Assembly: GCF_947568905.1 (NCBI RefSeq) | Contig: NC_079168.1 | Span: 68,324,001-68,388,000 of the forward strand | Reading direction: 5' to 3' | From: Ostrea edulis | Lineage: Eukaryota | Length of the DNA stretch: 64,000 nt | Shown here: positions 13,052 through 25,281 of the stretch, in pieces | Position numbering within the stretch: the first letter of the stretch is position 1 | Layout of the letters: each line of letters begins with the position of its first letter | Program-made: the position numbers and the translations under genes | Notes under the pieces: model-generated | Database searches by the model: none | What the model saw: only the letters and a program-made list of their open reading frames with translations | Told to the model about the DNA's origin: nothing

Positions 13052-13437
13052 TTACAGTTCAAAGAGAAGTACCCCGAAAAACATTGATTCACCACCACTA
13101 ACTGTTCCATATTTAAGTTCAACATATACCTTATCGCCAGAAGATAGTTGGAGCACAGATACAGCGGTGGAAGTTTCGTCATAAACATAACTACGACCGT
13201 CCGATCTCGTTTCAAATATATCAATGCCGTTCACGTTCAATGTAGCGCGTACAAGATTCCATTGAGCCTCTATATTGTACAGAAACACGTATACTCCATC
13301 ACGATCTGCAGTAAATATCCCAGTGGTAGTTGAGTAACCATGGTGATATCCGGAGTAAGTTGTACCAAAGACGACCGGCGTTCCGGAAAAATCTCCACTT
13401 AGAGAAGCAAGGAATGCTGGGTATGTGGACCTGGACA
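13052..13437 (-). CDS. Gene A exon 6: third C1q domain, with stop
   Basis: Phase-1 acceptor ctattgtag|TG TCC AGG. Reading YPAFLASL..GYSTTTGIFTADRDGVYVF..SMFFGVLLFEL*. Confidence 0.9.
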
Positions 13438-13804
13438 CTACAATAGTACAACTGTATGATATAGATATAACAATGTTAGTTTAATTCTATGACAAAAGTT
13501 TAAAATTGCTTCGTTGAATACTTATGTTTCGTTATGTTACAATTCTTGTTGATTCTTGATCGATTAGCTTTGTTTCGTTTGTAAATTTTCAGAATTATTA
13601 AACATCAAAAGACAACAAAATTATACCGTAGCTGTGCGTAAATTATTGGTTAATTAAATTGCATATGCATATAAATAATAAAAAAAAACCATTATACGAC
13701 TCTTTGTGAAAGAATTCACTTGTACATGCAGTTTTGCATTTAGTTCATATGTAGTTTAATGATATTTAAAAAAGATTGAAAAGTGTAATTAAACACAAGA
13801 AAGA

Positions 13805-14580
13805 GCTCGGTGAAAGGTGAAGATAACGAACAGTGATCAATCTCATAAGTCCTATAAGCAATACAAAATAGAGAGTTGGGCAAACATTGTCCCCTGGATA
13901 TACTAGAGGTGGGATCAGGTGCCTAAGAGGAGTAAGCATGCCCTGTCGACAGGTCACACCCGCCGTGAGCCCTTTATCTTGATCAGGTAAACAGAGTTAT
14001 CCGTAGTGAAAATCAGTGTGCCAAGAAAGGCGTAACAATCGATATGAAACAGTCAGACAGCATTTAACCCAATGATAGGTTGTATTGACGAACTAAATCG
14101 TTATAAGGACTATAGAATTTGCAAAATGCTGACTTCAATCGAGACTGTTGAAACCCCTGTACCATCAACTTGTTTGTCAGTAGCTTACCTCGATTTAAAA
14201 ACTGACTATACGCAAAACAAGCTCTTGCGTATCGAATCAGTTGAGATATATAAACACCATATGCAGGTGATAATGGAATATTGCTACATAAATATGGGAA
14301 GTTGACGATGAAGAAGCTGAAATCATTCCGTTTGTCATACAGTTGAGTTGTCAGTTTGCCGTTAATGTCTACTTTCAATAGAATATCGAAGTATGAAGCA
14401 GAAGTGGACGACTCTGTGGTGTCTTTTATTTCGAGCTCATAGGGATATATCGACATATGAATGAAAGCTATTATTGTTGATAGACAAAACGTCGTCGATA
14501 TATCAAAATGTCGAATTGAAGGCCATAGCAAATGATAGGTTGTACTAGCAACGACCATAGAATGTGCGAAATGCTGACTT
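13805..14580 (-). mobile_element. Naiad-like PLE RT 3' half plus tail, in gene A intron 5
   Basis: ELEIKDTTESSTSASYFDILLKVDINGKL..YARAC reading, followed by the tail. Confidence 0.85.
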
Positions 14581-14764
14581 TAAAAGAAACTGTTGGAACC
14601 CCAGTCAATTCAAATCATTTCATTTTAATTTATCGACACAGCATAATCAGGGATACTGTGTAGTTCGTTGAGTCTATATGGCAGGTAATGTTGAAGGTTC
14701 AAACATTGCTTTTTCGTCATTGTGCAGTTGCTATCGTAATTCTACCATGAACTCTAGTTTTCTG

Positions 14765-15011
14765 GGACCTACATGACCGAGTGGTTAGAGCATCGCGCTC
14801 CAAATCACACGGCCTCTCACCTCTGTCGGCGCGGGTTCGAATCTCACTCGCGCCGGTAAGTGAGAAAGTTTCCCAGTTTACTTTCGGAAGGTCGGTGGTC
14901 TCTTCCCAGGTACATTGTATCTGGGTTCTCTCTTCCACCAATAAAAACTGGGTGCCACCATATAACTGAAAAATTGTTGAGTGTGGTGGAAAACATCAAT
15001 CAATCAATCAA
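14765..15011 (+). mobile_element. tRNA-derived SINE (V-domain-like)
   Basis: A box gaccgagtggttagagc, B box gggttcgaatc, (caat)n tail, and 12-bp TSD tctagttttctg at 14753-14764 and 15012-15023. Confidence 0.85.
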
Positions 15012-15523
15012 TCTAGTTTTCTGTTGGTATAATTATTGTTAGAACTTCCCGTTTAATTCCAACTTAATCATATTTGTGTTTTCCCCCCTGGGAATTAGGC
15101 ATAAAATGGGAATCGTCTTTTAGTATTTCTCTAAGTGTTTTGTATGTCATTTGGTATATCTCATATTGGGTTGTGTGTTTGTATTGGTATTTTCTTCCCT
15201 ATTACTAAACAAGAGTAGTAATTGAAGTCTGATATGGACGTTCTGTACTTACTAAGCTCTTTCTTGTATTTCAGGTTTTTCATGAACCCTTTATTTTTGC
15301 GAAGGAACATGTAAAGTACATATAAATGTACTCAAACAAGTAAGTCATGCTTTTTTAAGGGAGCGAACCAAAACAGATGCTATTGACATAACGCTAAACA
15401 TTTTCATTCCCATATTTTGTAACGTTGTAATGCCTATTTAAAATCACTCATAACAGATTTAAGGTTTTCAATTATTTTCTAATATTACATTTTAGTGAAG
15501 GCAAAAAAAAGGGGGATTCTTAC

Positions 15524-15949
15524 CACTCATTTTATCTACTAGTTGCCATCCCGCAAAAACAGAAGTGGTAATCAATGCATCAGGATTCACGTCGTTATCA
15601 GCATCTACATACACAGCATCACCAGTATCTAACCAAGCAAATGTCATGTAGCTCACACTGTTGTAATATCCGTTCCAACGCACCCAAACTTTCGGCTGAG
15701 ACGTTCCATTACTGAAGTGAAATGTGCAACTGTACCAGGAGCTTCCATTGCTAAGAGCTGACATCATGAAGATATAAAGACCAGAACGAGGCGCCACAAA
15801 GTTTCCAGTTGATGTGGAGTACGCATTATCTGTGTCTAAAGTTTCGTTGTCATACACGATATGAGAACTATTTACAGAACCTTCGTTCTTGTACTTGATA
15901 AGAGAACTACTTACAGCACGTGAAAGGAGAGCATTAAACGCTGTGTCAT
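15524..15949 (-). CDS. Gene A exon 5: second C1q domain
   Basis: Acceptor tttttag|AT GAC ACA and donor AGT G|gtaag; 426 nt, phase 1-1. Open reading DTAFNALLS..AYSTSTGNFVAPRSGLYIF..TSVFAGWQL. Confidence 0.9.
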
Positions 15950-16034
15950 CTAAAAAAGATAAATGGATATTTATTAGTTTATCAGAAGTATCCTACCCCG
16001 GTACTACTGGACGTTGATATGGGATTTCTCGGAC

Positions 16035-16480
16035 TCCATGAAAAGGTGAAGATAGCGAACAGTGATCAATGTCAGAATTTGTATAAAGAATACAAAAGTA
16101 TAGGTTGGGCAAACACGTACCCCTATATATACCGGAGGTTGGATCAGGTGCCTAGGAGGAGTAAGCATCATCCTATGGCATGTAAATAGGGGTATGGTTG
16201 TTTGTTTTACAACCCACATGTGTATGCTTAGCGCTTACGACCGTTGCAATGAAGGTTCTTTAACGTGTTAACACCTGTCGTGACACGTGACTAACGTTTT
16301 TAATGTCATATCCAAAAGACTCGTGATTCGCACTTCTAAATGCAGAGCGTTTGGCGAAGGAACAATCACTATTTATGTTTACGTATTAGGGTTGACAGGA
16401 CCAAGGCACGAGCGGGGTTCAAACTCATGAACTTAAGGTTACGAAGCGAACGCTCTACCACGGATATACCGCGACCGTTT
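16035..16480 (-). mobile_element. Degenerate Naiad-like tail (16035-16175) next to a degenerate SINE (16190-16480)
   Basis: Tail motifs, followed by sequence alignable by eye to the 9272-9612 SINE. Confidence 0.6.
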
Positions 16481-16704
16481 AGAAAGAAGTATGAAATCTC
16501 GACCTTCAACAACGAATCATTTCAAACCACTACCATTTGCGACTTCACAGTTTTGTTGTGGTGGCCTGAGGACCACTGAGAAGGAAAGTGTACGTTTACA
16601 ATCACAGAAATCCACAAACAGAAGTCTGAAAAATTGGTATTACAGGTTGTCTAAGTCGATCCATTTATTTTTAAATAGCTTTTGAAACCGTGTAGATAGT
16701 TTAC

Positions 16705-17082
16705 CTGTTTTATTGATCTTCCAGCCAGAGAACATAGTATGTCTCGCTTCTGCACGTCCTGTAATGACCCTCACCGACAATTTATCGTTTACTGTAAGGT
16801 TAAGGACGGCAAAAGATGTAGATGTATCGTAATTAAAAAAACTTTGATGAGCTTTGGACAGTCCCGCCTGCATTCCGTTCACAAGGAGAGCCCCTTCTGT
16901 CAATTGTCCGTATGTCTCTATCGTCCAGGAGAACACATACAATCCTGTTGTGGATACAGTAAAAACGCCAGTGACATTGTCGTATCCACCTCCGATATTT
17001 GTGATCACGTGATCGAATATAATGTCAGTTACATTTGTAGAACTGTAAGCCACGGCATGGAAGGCAACATGTTCCAACATCA
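16705..17082 (-). CDS. Gene A exon 4: first C1q domain
   Basis: Acceptor ttttctag|TG ATG TTG and donor ACA G|gtaaa; 378 nt, phase 1-1. Reading VAFHAVA..IIFDHVITNIGGGYDNVTGVFTV..TMFSGWKI. Confidence 0.92.
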
Positions 17083-18321
17083 CTAGAAAACATTGAGAGC
17101 AGGATATTTATCATGATCAGCTAAACATAGCAATGGTACAAGTTATTTTTTTTATAGTAATGCTAGGGATATCATTTTACACATATCAAAGTTGAAGCAA
17201 GTTTTTGGAATATTTTCTATTGCTTGTCCATCTGTATGTTGTTCTTTGTATTGTCTTAATATTTCAAATTTGTGTTCATTTTCTTCGTTTAATATATTCT
17301 ACAAAACTGTACGTAGCGTCAGCGGTGACAAAGCAAATTGGGAGAAGAAAAAATTCAACATGTTTTCCGTAGCTTAGTCTTCACAGAAGGGAAATTATGT
17401 AATATTATAAATGAGAAAATATGTCTCCATTAATTGAAAACATTCTACAGTCAATAATGAGGTAGTAAAAAACTAATGTTATAGTAAAGTATCCCTATAT
17501 GAAATAGATATCAAAGATAGTGATATCACAGCTTTCTAAAAATGTTATTTCCTGGGACTAGAATTAAATTTGAAATATTAGAATGAATGTAGACAACTAT
17601 TAATGTAGATTCTCTAAAACATTATATATGATAAGGTAAAAACGAGAAAATTGAGGTGAAGTGTTGAAATTTCAAACATATATTTAAAAAAAAACCCCAC
17701 ACCAATTATTACGTAGCAAAACCATTATAGTATTTACTATCAATTTCGCACCATTTCTTGAAATTTGGCGTGAAAATGACGCATGTACTGTTTCTTGTCA
17801 TGTTTTCCTTGACTAAAACGTCATTTCATCCTTGTTTTCTTTTTCAATAGATAGAGTGAATTTATGAAGAAGAATAAAATTTCTATCAAAAGCGAGAAAC
17901 AAGTATAAAGTAACAGTTCACAAAGTGGCTCTGTATTAGTTTCATAAAGGTTTCCAAAAACTACTCTTTTTTCTCAAAATTTCAAAAACCTTTTTGAGAG
18001 TCGAAGAGTGATCACTACAGCACATATCTATGATTTACCAATATTTTTTTCTAAAAGTAAAATGATAACTGAATTAAGATTTTAAAAAACTAAAACATGG
18101 ATCAAGAATATGTCTACTCACTAAATTTTCTAATATGAAATGAATTGATAAAGCTGTATATAAAAGCTTACTTTCCTTGTTGTTTACGAAGATTTGTCTG
18201 AACTTTTATATTATTTTAACGTTCTGAATTCAAATAGGTAATTTTACTATAAAGTTTGAATATTTGTTATCAAACCAGGGAACGTGGTTCTTGCGATAGT
18301 AAGACCAATAGAAGTGTATAC

Positions 18322-18498
18322 CTGATGGCTCACATCGATATGATAATGATGACCACTTTCCACCGGGAGGACAATTGATGATATTTTTGGTGCCTACACC
18401 AGTATAACCAGGATTACATTCGAATGTGACTGATGGAGGGGAAAACGTCTTGATTGCCACTCTTCCATTTTCTAAGTCTGGAGCTGGATCAGCACATC
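18322..18498 (-). CDS. Gene A exon 3: sushi/CCP domain
   Basis: Acceptor ttttcaag|GA TGT and donor TCA G|gtata; 177 nt, phase 1-1. CADPAPDLENG..FECNPGY..INCPPGGKWSSLSYRC has the four Cys and the Trp of a CCP domain. Confidence 0.88.
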
Positions 18499-18869
18499 CT
18501 TGAAAAGCAGATAATCAAGATCTTTATACAGATTAAAATCTTTGAATGAATGAAAAAAGTCGTAATTTTCAATCGGATTAGTGTAAACTGGAGTTTAAGT
18601 ACATTCTGCTGAAATAACGGAAAAACGATTCGGGAATGAATTGGAGGATTACTTTAATCTACACAAGAATACAAAAAAAAAATAATTAAGCTATGCTTTT
18701 TAGATATCGACATGATTATATACTGAGTAAAATAAGTTTAACAATTGAAATATCTAGTATAATACATTTAAAGAAAAATATATCGTATATTTTAAATAAA
18801 TTGAAATTATGGATTATCATCACGTAACTAATGATAATGTCAAAGGTTAAAGAGGATCGTATTTCGATA

Positions 18870-20120
18870 TTAAGAAATCGACACAAAACAGCTGAGGGGC
18901 GTGGATTGGAAAGTAACAATCAGTATCATTCTTTTGTATGGCCTCTAATTGCAGCACTAACAGCTATACAACAGCCTATCGTGCTCTCTATCAGGTCTCT
19001 GATCTCGAGCATGGTGATCCGGTCCTAATCGTGCAGCAGAACAAACGTCACTTACGTTACGTTGTTTACGTTATGTCGTTGTCTTCAAGAATGCCTCAAA
19101 CATGTTCAATTGGTTTAAATTTGGCGACCTTGCCGGTCAATTCAAGACTTCAGCGTTTTTCTGACATTGGATGTCTTGTGTATGCCGTGTGGCGTGGTAA
19201 TGTGCGTTATCTCGGTGGGAAATGCCCTCATGTCGTCGCCGCAGAAAGGGAATAACAACAGGATCAATGAGATCGATCTCATTGAAGTATCTTTAGGAAT
19301 TTAAAGCCCCATTTATTGTCACAAGATCTGTTTTACCCTGGTGGCTTATTCCGTCCCAAACCATAACATTACCCCCACCATAGCGGTCACGTTGATTAAT
19401 GGTGTCTGAATCATGTCGATCATCATTTCTACCTCTCCAAATACGAAATTTTCCATCGGCAATTTGACTCGTCGGTAAACGGTACCACATTCCATCGCTG
19501 TTGAATCCAGTGATACGTATGTTGTTCCATGTAAGGGGGTATTAACGATGACATTGAGTTAGTGATACTGCAGAGAGAAGTGTTCGAGCCCAAAGCTTTG
19601 CACAACGTAGCCTGTTTTACACTCTGTCCACATAACCCTGCTCCAGTGGCACAGCATAACTCGTCTGCAACTTTAGAAGCAGCCATGGAACGATTACATC
19701 TTGACGGTGTGATGATGAGATGATCATGGCTGTCAGTCTTTTTCGCAGACGTCCTGAGCGCCACGGATCAGAAACATGTCCAGTAGTTTGAAATCGGTTC
19801 AGAAGTCGGCAAATGGTGGATAGACGGACATCAAAGTGTTGGGTGAAATCTTTTTGCAAACACCCAAACACTTAGCATCCTTATGGCTCTTTGGATTTCA
19901 TTTTCGGAAAGTCTTTGTCATTTTTCCATTCAATTCTTCAGCAGTTCTTTATCGCGTTTTATTCATAGGCGTACTTGAAAACATTTTCGTGTAAAAATTT
20001 CTAAAACCATGCGGATTCGAACATAACTTATTGTATTGTAGAATTTTTATCGCATTCAATGACGTTATTTTCGAGTGCCAGTTTTCAAAAATGTTTCTGT
20101 TTTTTTGGTTACATTTGTAT
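18870..20120 (-). mobile_element. Degenerate Tc1/mariner transposon in gene A intron 2
   Basis: Broken frames give STICRLLNRFQTTG..RSGR, FTDES and RYGGGNVMVWDGISHQGKTDL, typical of Tc1 transposases. Ends are approximate. Confidence 0.75.
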
Positions 20121-20463
20121 CTCTTGATTTTATGGAAACATGGTAAAAAATTAAGATATTTTTATTTTATATTATCCCTATATAAATACATTTGCTAAAT
20201 TTGTTTTGCACAGTACATAAAAGAACACTAAACCCAAAAAGAAAATAATAATAAAAGACAAAATAGATAAACAAGCAAATTCTTTTTAAAGTTTTGCTTT
20301 TCGCCTCAAAATTTGTCCTTCTATGAGCATCTTTCACATTTTATTCCCCATGTTCTTTATACGACTGAATTCATATTTGCAATTGAAAAATAACGGCAAA
20401 GATCATATTGAATAATGCATGAATTATTGTACCTTGTTTCATTTAAATAAATAATTCTTTTAC

Positions 20464-20560
20464 CTACTGCGATGCAGACAAATTCCTTGGAACGTGTACG
20501 GACACATTTGGAGTACTGTTTGCACGAGAGCGTCCCACATTTCTTACCTGTGTAATCAAG
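20464..20560 (-). CDS. Gene A exon 2: short four-Cys EGF-like segment
   Basis: Acceptor gtttgcag|CTT GAT and donor GTA G|gtaaa; 97 nt, phase 0-1. Reading LDYTGKKCGTLSCKQYSKCVRTRSKEFVCIAV. Confidence 0.75.
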
Positions 20561-20881
20561 CTGCAAACACAAACATGTGCAAAATGAACCTTTATCCGCG
20601 ATATATCATGATCATATTTGATTTCAATAGCGATAAACTATGATTTTATTTCTGATATACTACTATTTTTTCTTTCTGTAATAAACTTTTATTTCATTTG
20701 TGATATATTATATGTATTTCTCGTTACATTCTAAGATTTTATCTGCGATACTAAGTATACAATGAATTCTAAAACAAGAGAATAATTCCAAAAAATAAAG
20801 GTTCTCTGAAATTTGATATAAAACACGAGTAGTTTAAATACTTGCGTAACTATCTGTAGAAATTCAACGTGTGAAACTTAC

Positions 20882-21199
20882 GACACCAGGTATTTCCTTG
20901 TATATAAAGCTGCTATCGTTGTCTAAAGTCAGGCTTTCGTTTTTCTTCTGACTGTTCAATTCGCACATAAACGTCGTGGGGTTAAAGTTAATCGACAAAC
21001 ATATGGCATAGGCTTCGCATTCTTTGAAACATAAATGGATTCCGATTTCAAATATCACCATGAACGTAGAATTTGGTAATTTCTTTCCGATCTCCCCGGT
21101 ATCACTGGGACTGATACACGTGTTCGTCGTAGTAACAAGTCGAAATAAAAATAAAAGAACGAAAACATTCCTGTTTGTAGATTTACATAAAATAGCCAT
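20882..21199 (-). CDS. Gene A exon 1: signal peptide plus PAN/apple-like domain
   Basis: MAILCKSTNRNVFVLLFLFRLVTT, then CFKECEAYAICLSINF..CELN (PAN pattern). The phase-0 donor GTC|gtaagt matches exon 2. Confidence 0.82.
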
Positions 21200-21919
21200 G
21201 ATAAATTTGATTAGGGAATTGAATTAATACTAGACATCTCTGGCTGCTTTCTGCTGATGCCTTCTGAGTTTTTTTTTTATATACCTGTACACTGTCAATG
21301 GGCGTGTATTTAAAACATATTTCTATTCAATTTTCATTACCGGGTATTTTATTGCATTATGATATATTATTCATTCGTTTTCCGAATATGCATTGAAATT
21401 TTATACTGTATTGTATATCACATTACTGTCAGACTATTCTAGGACGTGCAATTGCAAAACCTGATTGTAAGAAAATCTAGATTAAAAACAAGCACTGTAA
21501 TATCAGATTGGTGTGTATAATTTTTGCTGGTGAGCAGCTGTCAATGAAATCTTGATATGTAATAAAATGTGTCGAAATCTAATGAGAAGAATAAAAGATG
21601 TATGGAAAATCGTTTTATTATTACTAGTAATGTTTGACAGTTAATCATACCAATCTCAATATTTATCAAAAGCGATCTGAAATGCATTACTAGTGGCAAC
21701 AAGATTTAGAATATTTAAATTAACACGTGGCGTATTTCACATAGATTTTCATCGACTATTTCAAGTCTTTTAAAATCTCTTGCACTTTTCCTTGTTTAGA
21801 AGTTGAAAACTCGGGTAGATAATCGGAGTTCTGGGAGAGATTCTCCTAAGCAGTAAGTATTTCTATTACGATGGCTTTAGAACAGACTACAAAAATTAGT
21901 TCAAAACTATCAGGATAAA

Positions 21920-21924
21920 AATAA

Positions 21925-21965
<41 letters not shown>

Positions 21966-22138
21966 CCAAATAGAAAGAGTTGATATCACACAGTCAAAAT
22001 AATTCAATAAAAAAAGCAGGGAAATATACAGTTCCAAAATATATTTAATTCACTAGCGCTTATCCATCCTCAGGTGAAAATAAATCACTAGCGCTTTCTG
22101 GATTTTAATATCCATCCAAATTGGTACCGTATAAGTTT

Positions 22139-22197
<59 letters not shown>

Positions 22198-22403
22198 CAA
22201 TAAAAAAAGCAGGAAAATATACAGTTCCAAAATATATTTAAATCACTAGCGCTTTCTGGATTTATTTAAAATTTGTATTCACCTGAGGATGGATGTTAAA
22301 ATCCAGAAAGCGCTAGTGATTTAAATATATTTTGGAACTGTATATTTTCCTGCTTTTTTTATTGAATTATTTTGACTGTGTGATATCAACTCTTTCTATT
22401 TGG

Positions 22404-22455
<52 letters not shown>
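21920..22455. mobile_element. Penelope-type pseudo-LTR remnants in tandem and inverted arrangement inside (TA)n
   Basis: A block of about 130 nt occurs on both strands between three (TA)n tracts and contains a hammerhead motif. Confidence 0.65.
22279..22319 (+). ncRNA. Minimal type I hammerhead ribozyme
   Basis: tcac CTGAGGA tggat-gttaaa-atcca GAAA gcgc TA gtga: core, 5-bp stem II, palindromic AGCGCT stem III and 4-bp stem I. Confidence 0.75.
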
Positions 22456-25233
22456 CACTAAGTTTGAACAATTCAACAATACCCGATACCTAAAAGTGTC
22501 AGATCCACAACATGGATACAAGGTCAAATACAAAAAATTATACAAAGCACTAAAATGACCAACGACACGAACAACCAGATTGTCAAATTTTGGGACAAAT
22601 CGTCCCTTCTTCAGAACGAAAAGAATTACATAATGTGGCCAATATCAACAGAGAATAGTAACAAAAAATATATATAAATACATTTAGCACTACAACTACA
22701 CTAATCTGCAAACGTATTTACACCGCAGACTATATGTGCTTTTGGTTTTTAGGCTTGCCAATCAATGTTAAAAGCGGAGCGAATTAGGGCATGCCTTATT
22801 TGTTCAAAGAGCTGATCCAAAATGTACGAAGTGATAAAAATAGACTTAATACACCGATCCACTGTCGCAGCATAAACCCCGCCCACCATGGTTACGTTAT
22901 AGCAACAACGGAGACTCGGACAAAAAGTAAACAATGGCGTCGACGGCAAACGCCTTCGAGATAATCCCGGTTAACTTTTGTTAGATTACTTTAAAATTGT
23001 CATCATTTCATCCCTTGTGAAGGAGAAGGGTTGATTTTGATCATTCATTTTTATTTATATGCTTTCAAATTATTTCATTCCACTCACAAAAGCGTAGAAA
23101 TCACATCGAAACGACAGGCCCCGCGTTCTAGGATGACGATCCTCACTCGGGTTTTGTAATGCTTAATTCTCATTACTCTTGCCAAACAGGCTGTTGAGAT
23201 TTGTTTTCATATATTCATTCCATAATTTACATTCCTTTGTCAGTACACCCCTACTAACGTGTTCGGAACATATTCTTTATCGGTGTTAAGTAGAGCGTAA
23301 AATCAAAGACTATCGAATGAAATATAATCTCGCTGCTCCGAGACTCCAACGCGAGCTACCTGAGACCCGGTGAATTTTCTACCGGATATGGATGTGCTTT
23401 AAGGAATTCCAGTGTTAATGTAAGTATCAATTAGAAATTATGGTATATTGTGTTTTATTTGTTTTTGCAATATATAGATCTACGTATCAATGCATTATTT
23501 TCCTAATGCCATCAGCTAATAAAGCTTAAATAAGAAATGGTAAGAAAGAGTTATCGTCCTTAGATTTGGACCTAGGCCAACTTTGAAAGAACTCTTGATT
23601 ATCGTGAAAAAAAAAAAAAATGAGAGGGCGTCTTTCTATTTCAAAGTGCCATAATTAAATTTTAATGTTGCATAGGGATTGTGTTCAAATTATCAAATAC
23701 TGAAATGTTGCACACAATTTACCATTTTCACTCAGAAAATACTATAGTCTGTTTCATGTTTGAGGTATATATATATATATGTATCTGTGAATGTGCATGT
23801 TACAAGCAAAGAAGATGCATTGCAAGTATCTTAAAACTTCTAAACTTAATATTTCTTTGGTGGAAACAGAATCATTTTCCTAATTTAGCAGTATAGAAAA
23901 AGTGGATTTATTTTATGAAGAAAGTAAATTTTATTGATTGGATCAATTGTGGTGACCAGGGGGTGTATACTACCCATTCATAATTGTTTGAAATGTAAAG
24001 ATTTTAATAATTAAACTCATTGATGCATGCAACACACCTAAGAAAATTAGAATGAATGAAAAGTATATGACATGTATTTGTATGATTATCATTTGGTACA
24101 TATGTAAATGAAAAATTCCAACTTTTCCTTATATGATATGATTTAATAATAATACCATATATATATAGCACCCTTTTCATACACTCTGTACGCTCAAAGG
24201 TGACCAATTATGGATTGTTTTAAAGTGGAGGGAAAGCAACAATAAATGGAAATTAGAACATGACTAGATGTTGTACAATGCATGTATATATATATAGTAA
24301 CCATTGCCAAAGTATATAATGTACCAGTGATAATTCTAAAAGTTGATCACAAAACTGCAAAGGACATCAGGGGACAGTGCATTGTATTTAACAGGATCCT
24401 CCCTGTATCTAATGCAGGATTGTAATTGTCATTTATAACATGTATATCAAATCTGGTAAAAAATGTGCATATTAGACACCAGTGGACAATGCGTTAATTA
24501 AAAGAATTTTATCAGATCATGCATCAATCTCCTTATATGTAGCAAAATATCGCAGTCTTTAATTTATATAAAATCATAGTAGAAAACATTTAAAATTCCT
24601 GAGTGGTGCAGGTCTCATACTCATTTACAGATTGGCAGTTTATAGCTCTGAGTTTCTGTAACCACACACATGTATTACCAATGTTTATTTATGCAAACAT
24701 TTATGACATATATTACTCATTAACACATATATTAATGTGACGGGACAATATACATAGATTATATACATCATAACTTTTTCCTTTATTGATACATTAAGCA
24801 GTAAATATTTTCATAAGTCATTTCTAAAAAAAAACTTCTCCTTTTATGAATGAAATACCTACATGCATTTCTGATCTTTTTAATTAATTTAGATTTACTT
24901 ACTCCAATTACAAACTTATAATTACAGAAACACACATGTAATAATATCAATAATCTTTTTCATATTTAGATTAGTAATGTATCTGTATGTTAGAGAACAA
25001 TCTGTACAAAAATTTAAAATCTTAAATCAAATATTGAATCACAATTAGGATTACATTGCACAACACTGTAATTAACTATTGTTTTAATATACATCAACTA
25101 TATTTTGTCTGTAAGAAACCTTTGTTGTTTCATTTTTAGTATTACATTTCGTAACATAATAAAACAGTTAAGTTTCAGAAATCAAAATTGAGCGATGATG
25201 ATGATCTCATCCTAGCTGCAATAATGTAGCCCT

Positions 25234-25281
<48 letters not shown>

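Noticed and set aside
14765-14850. tRNA genes at SINE heads (also near 9550-9612 and 11050-11127)
   Set aside because: The tRNA-like boxes continue into SINE bodies and tails, two of them with TSDs, and no full cloverleaf is evident.
22581-22618. Hammerhead-like motif on the minus strand (CTGAAGAA gggac-gattt-gtccc AAAA)
   Set aside because: The essential G of GAAA is an A and stems I and III are not evident. At best it is a dead PLE ribozyme.
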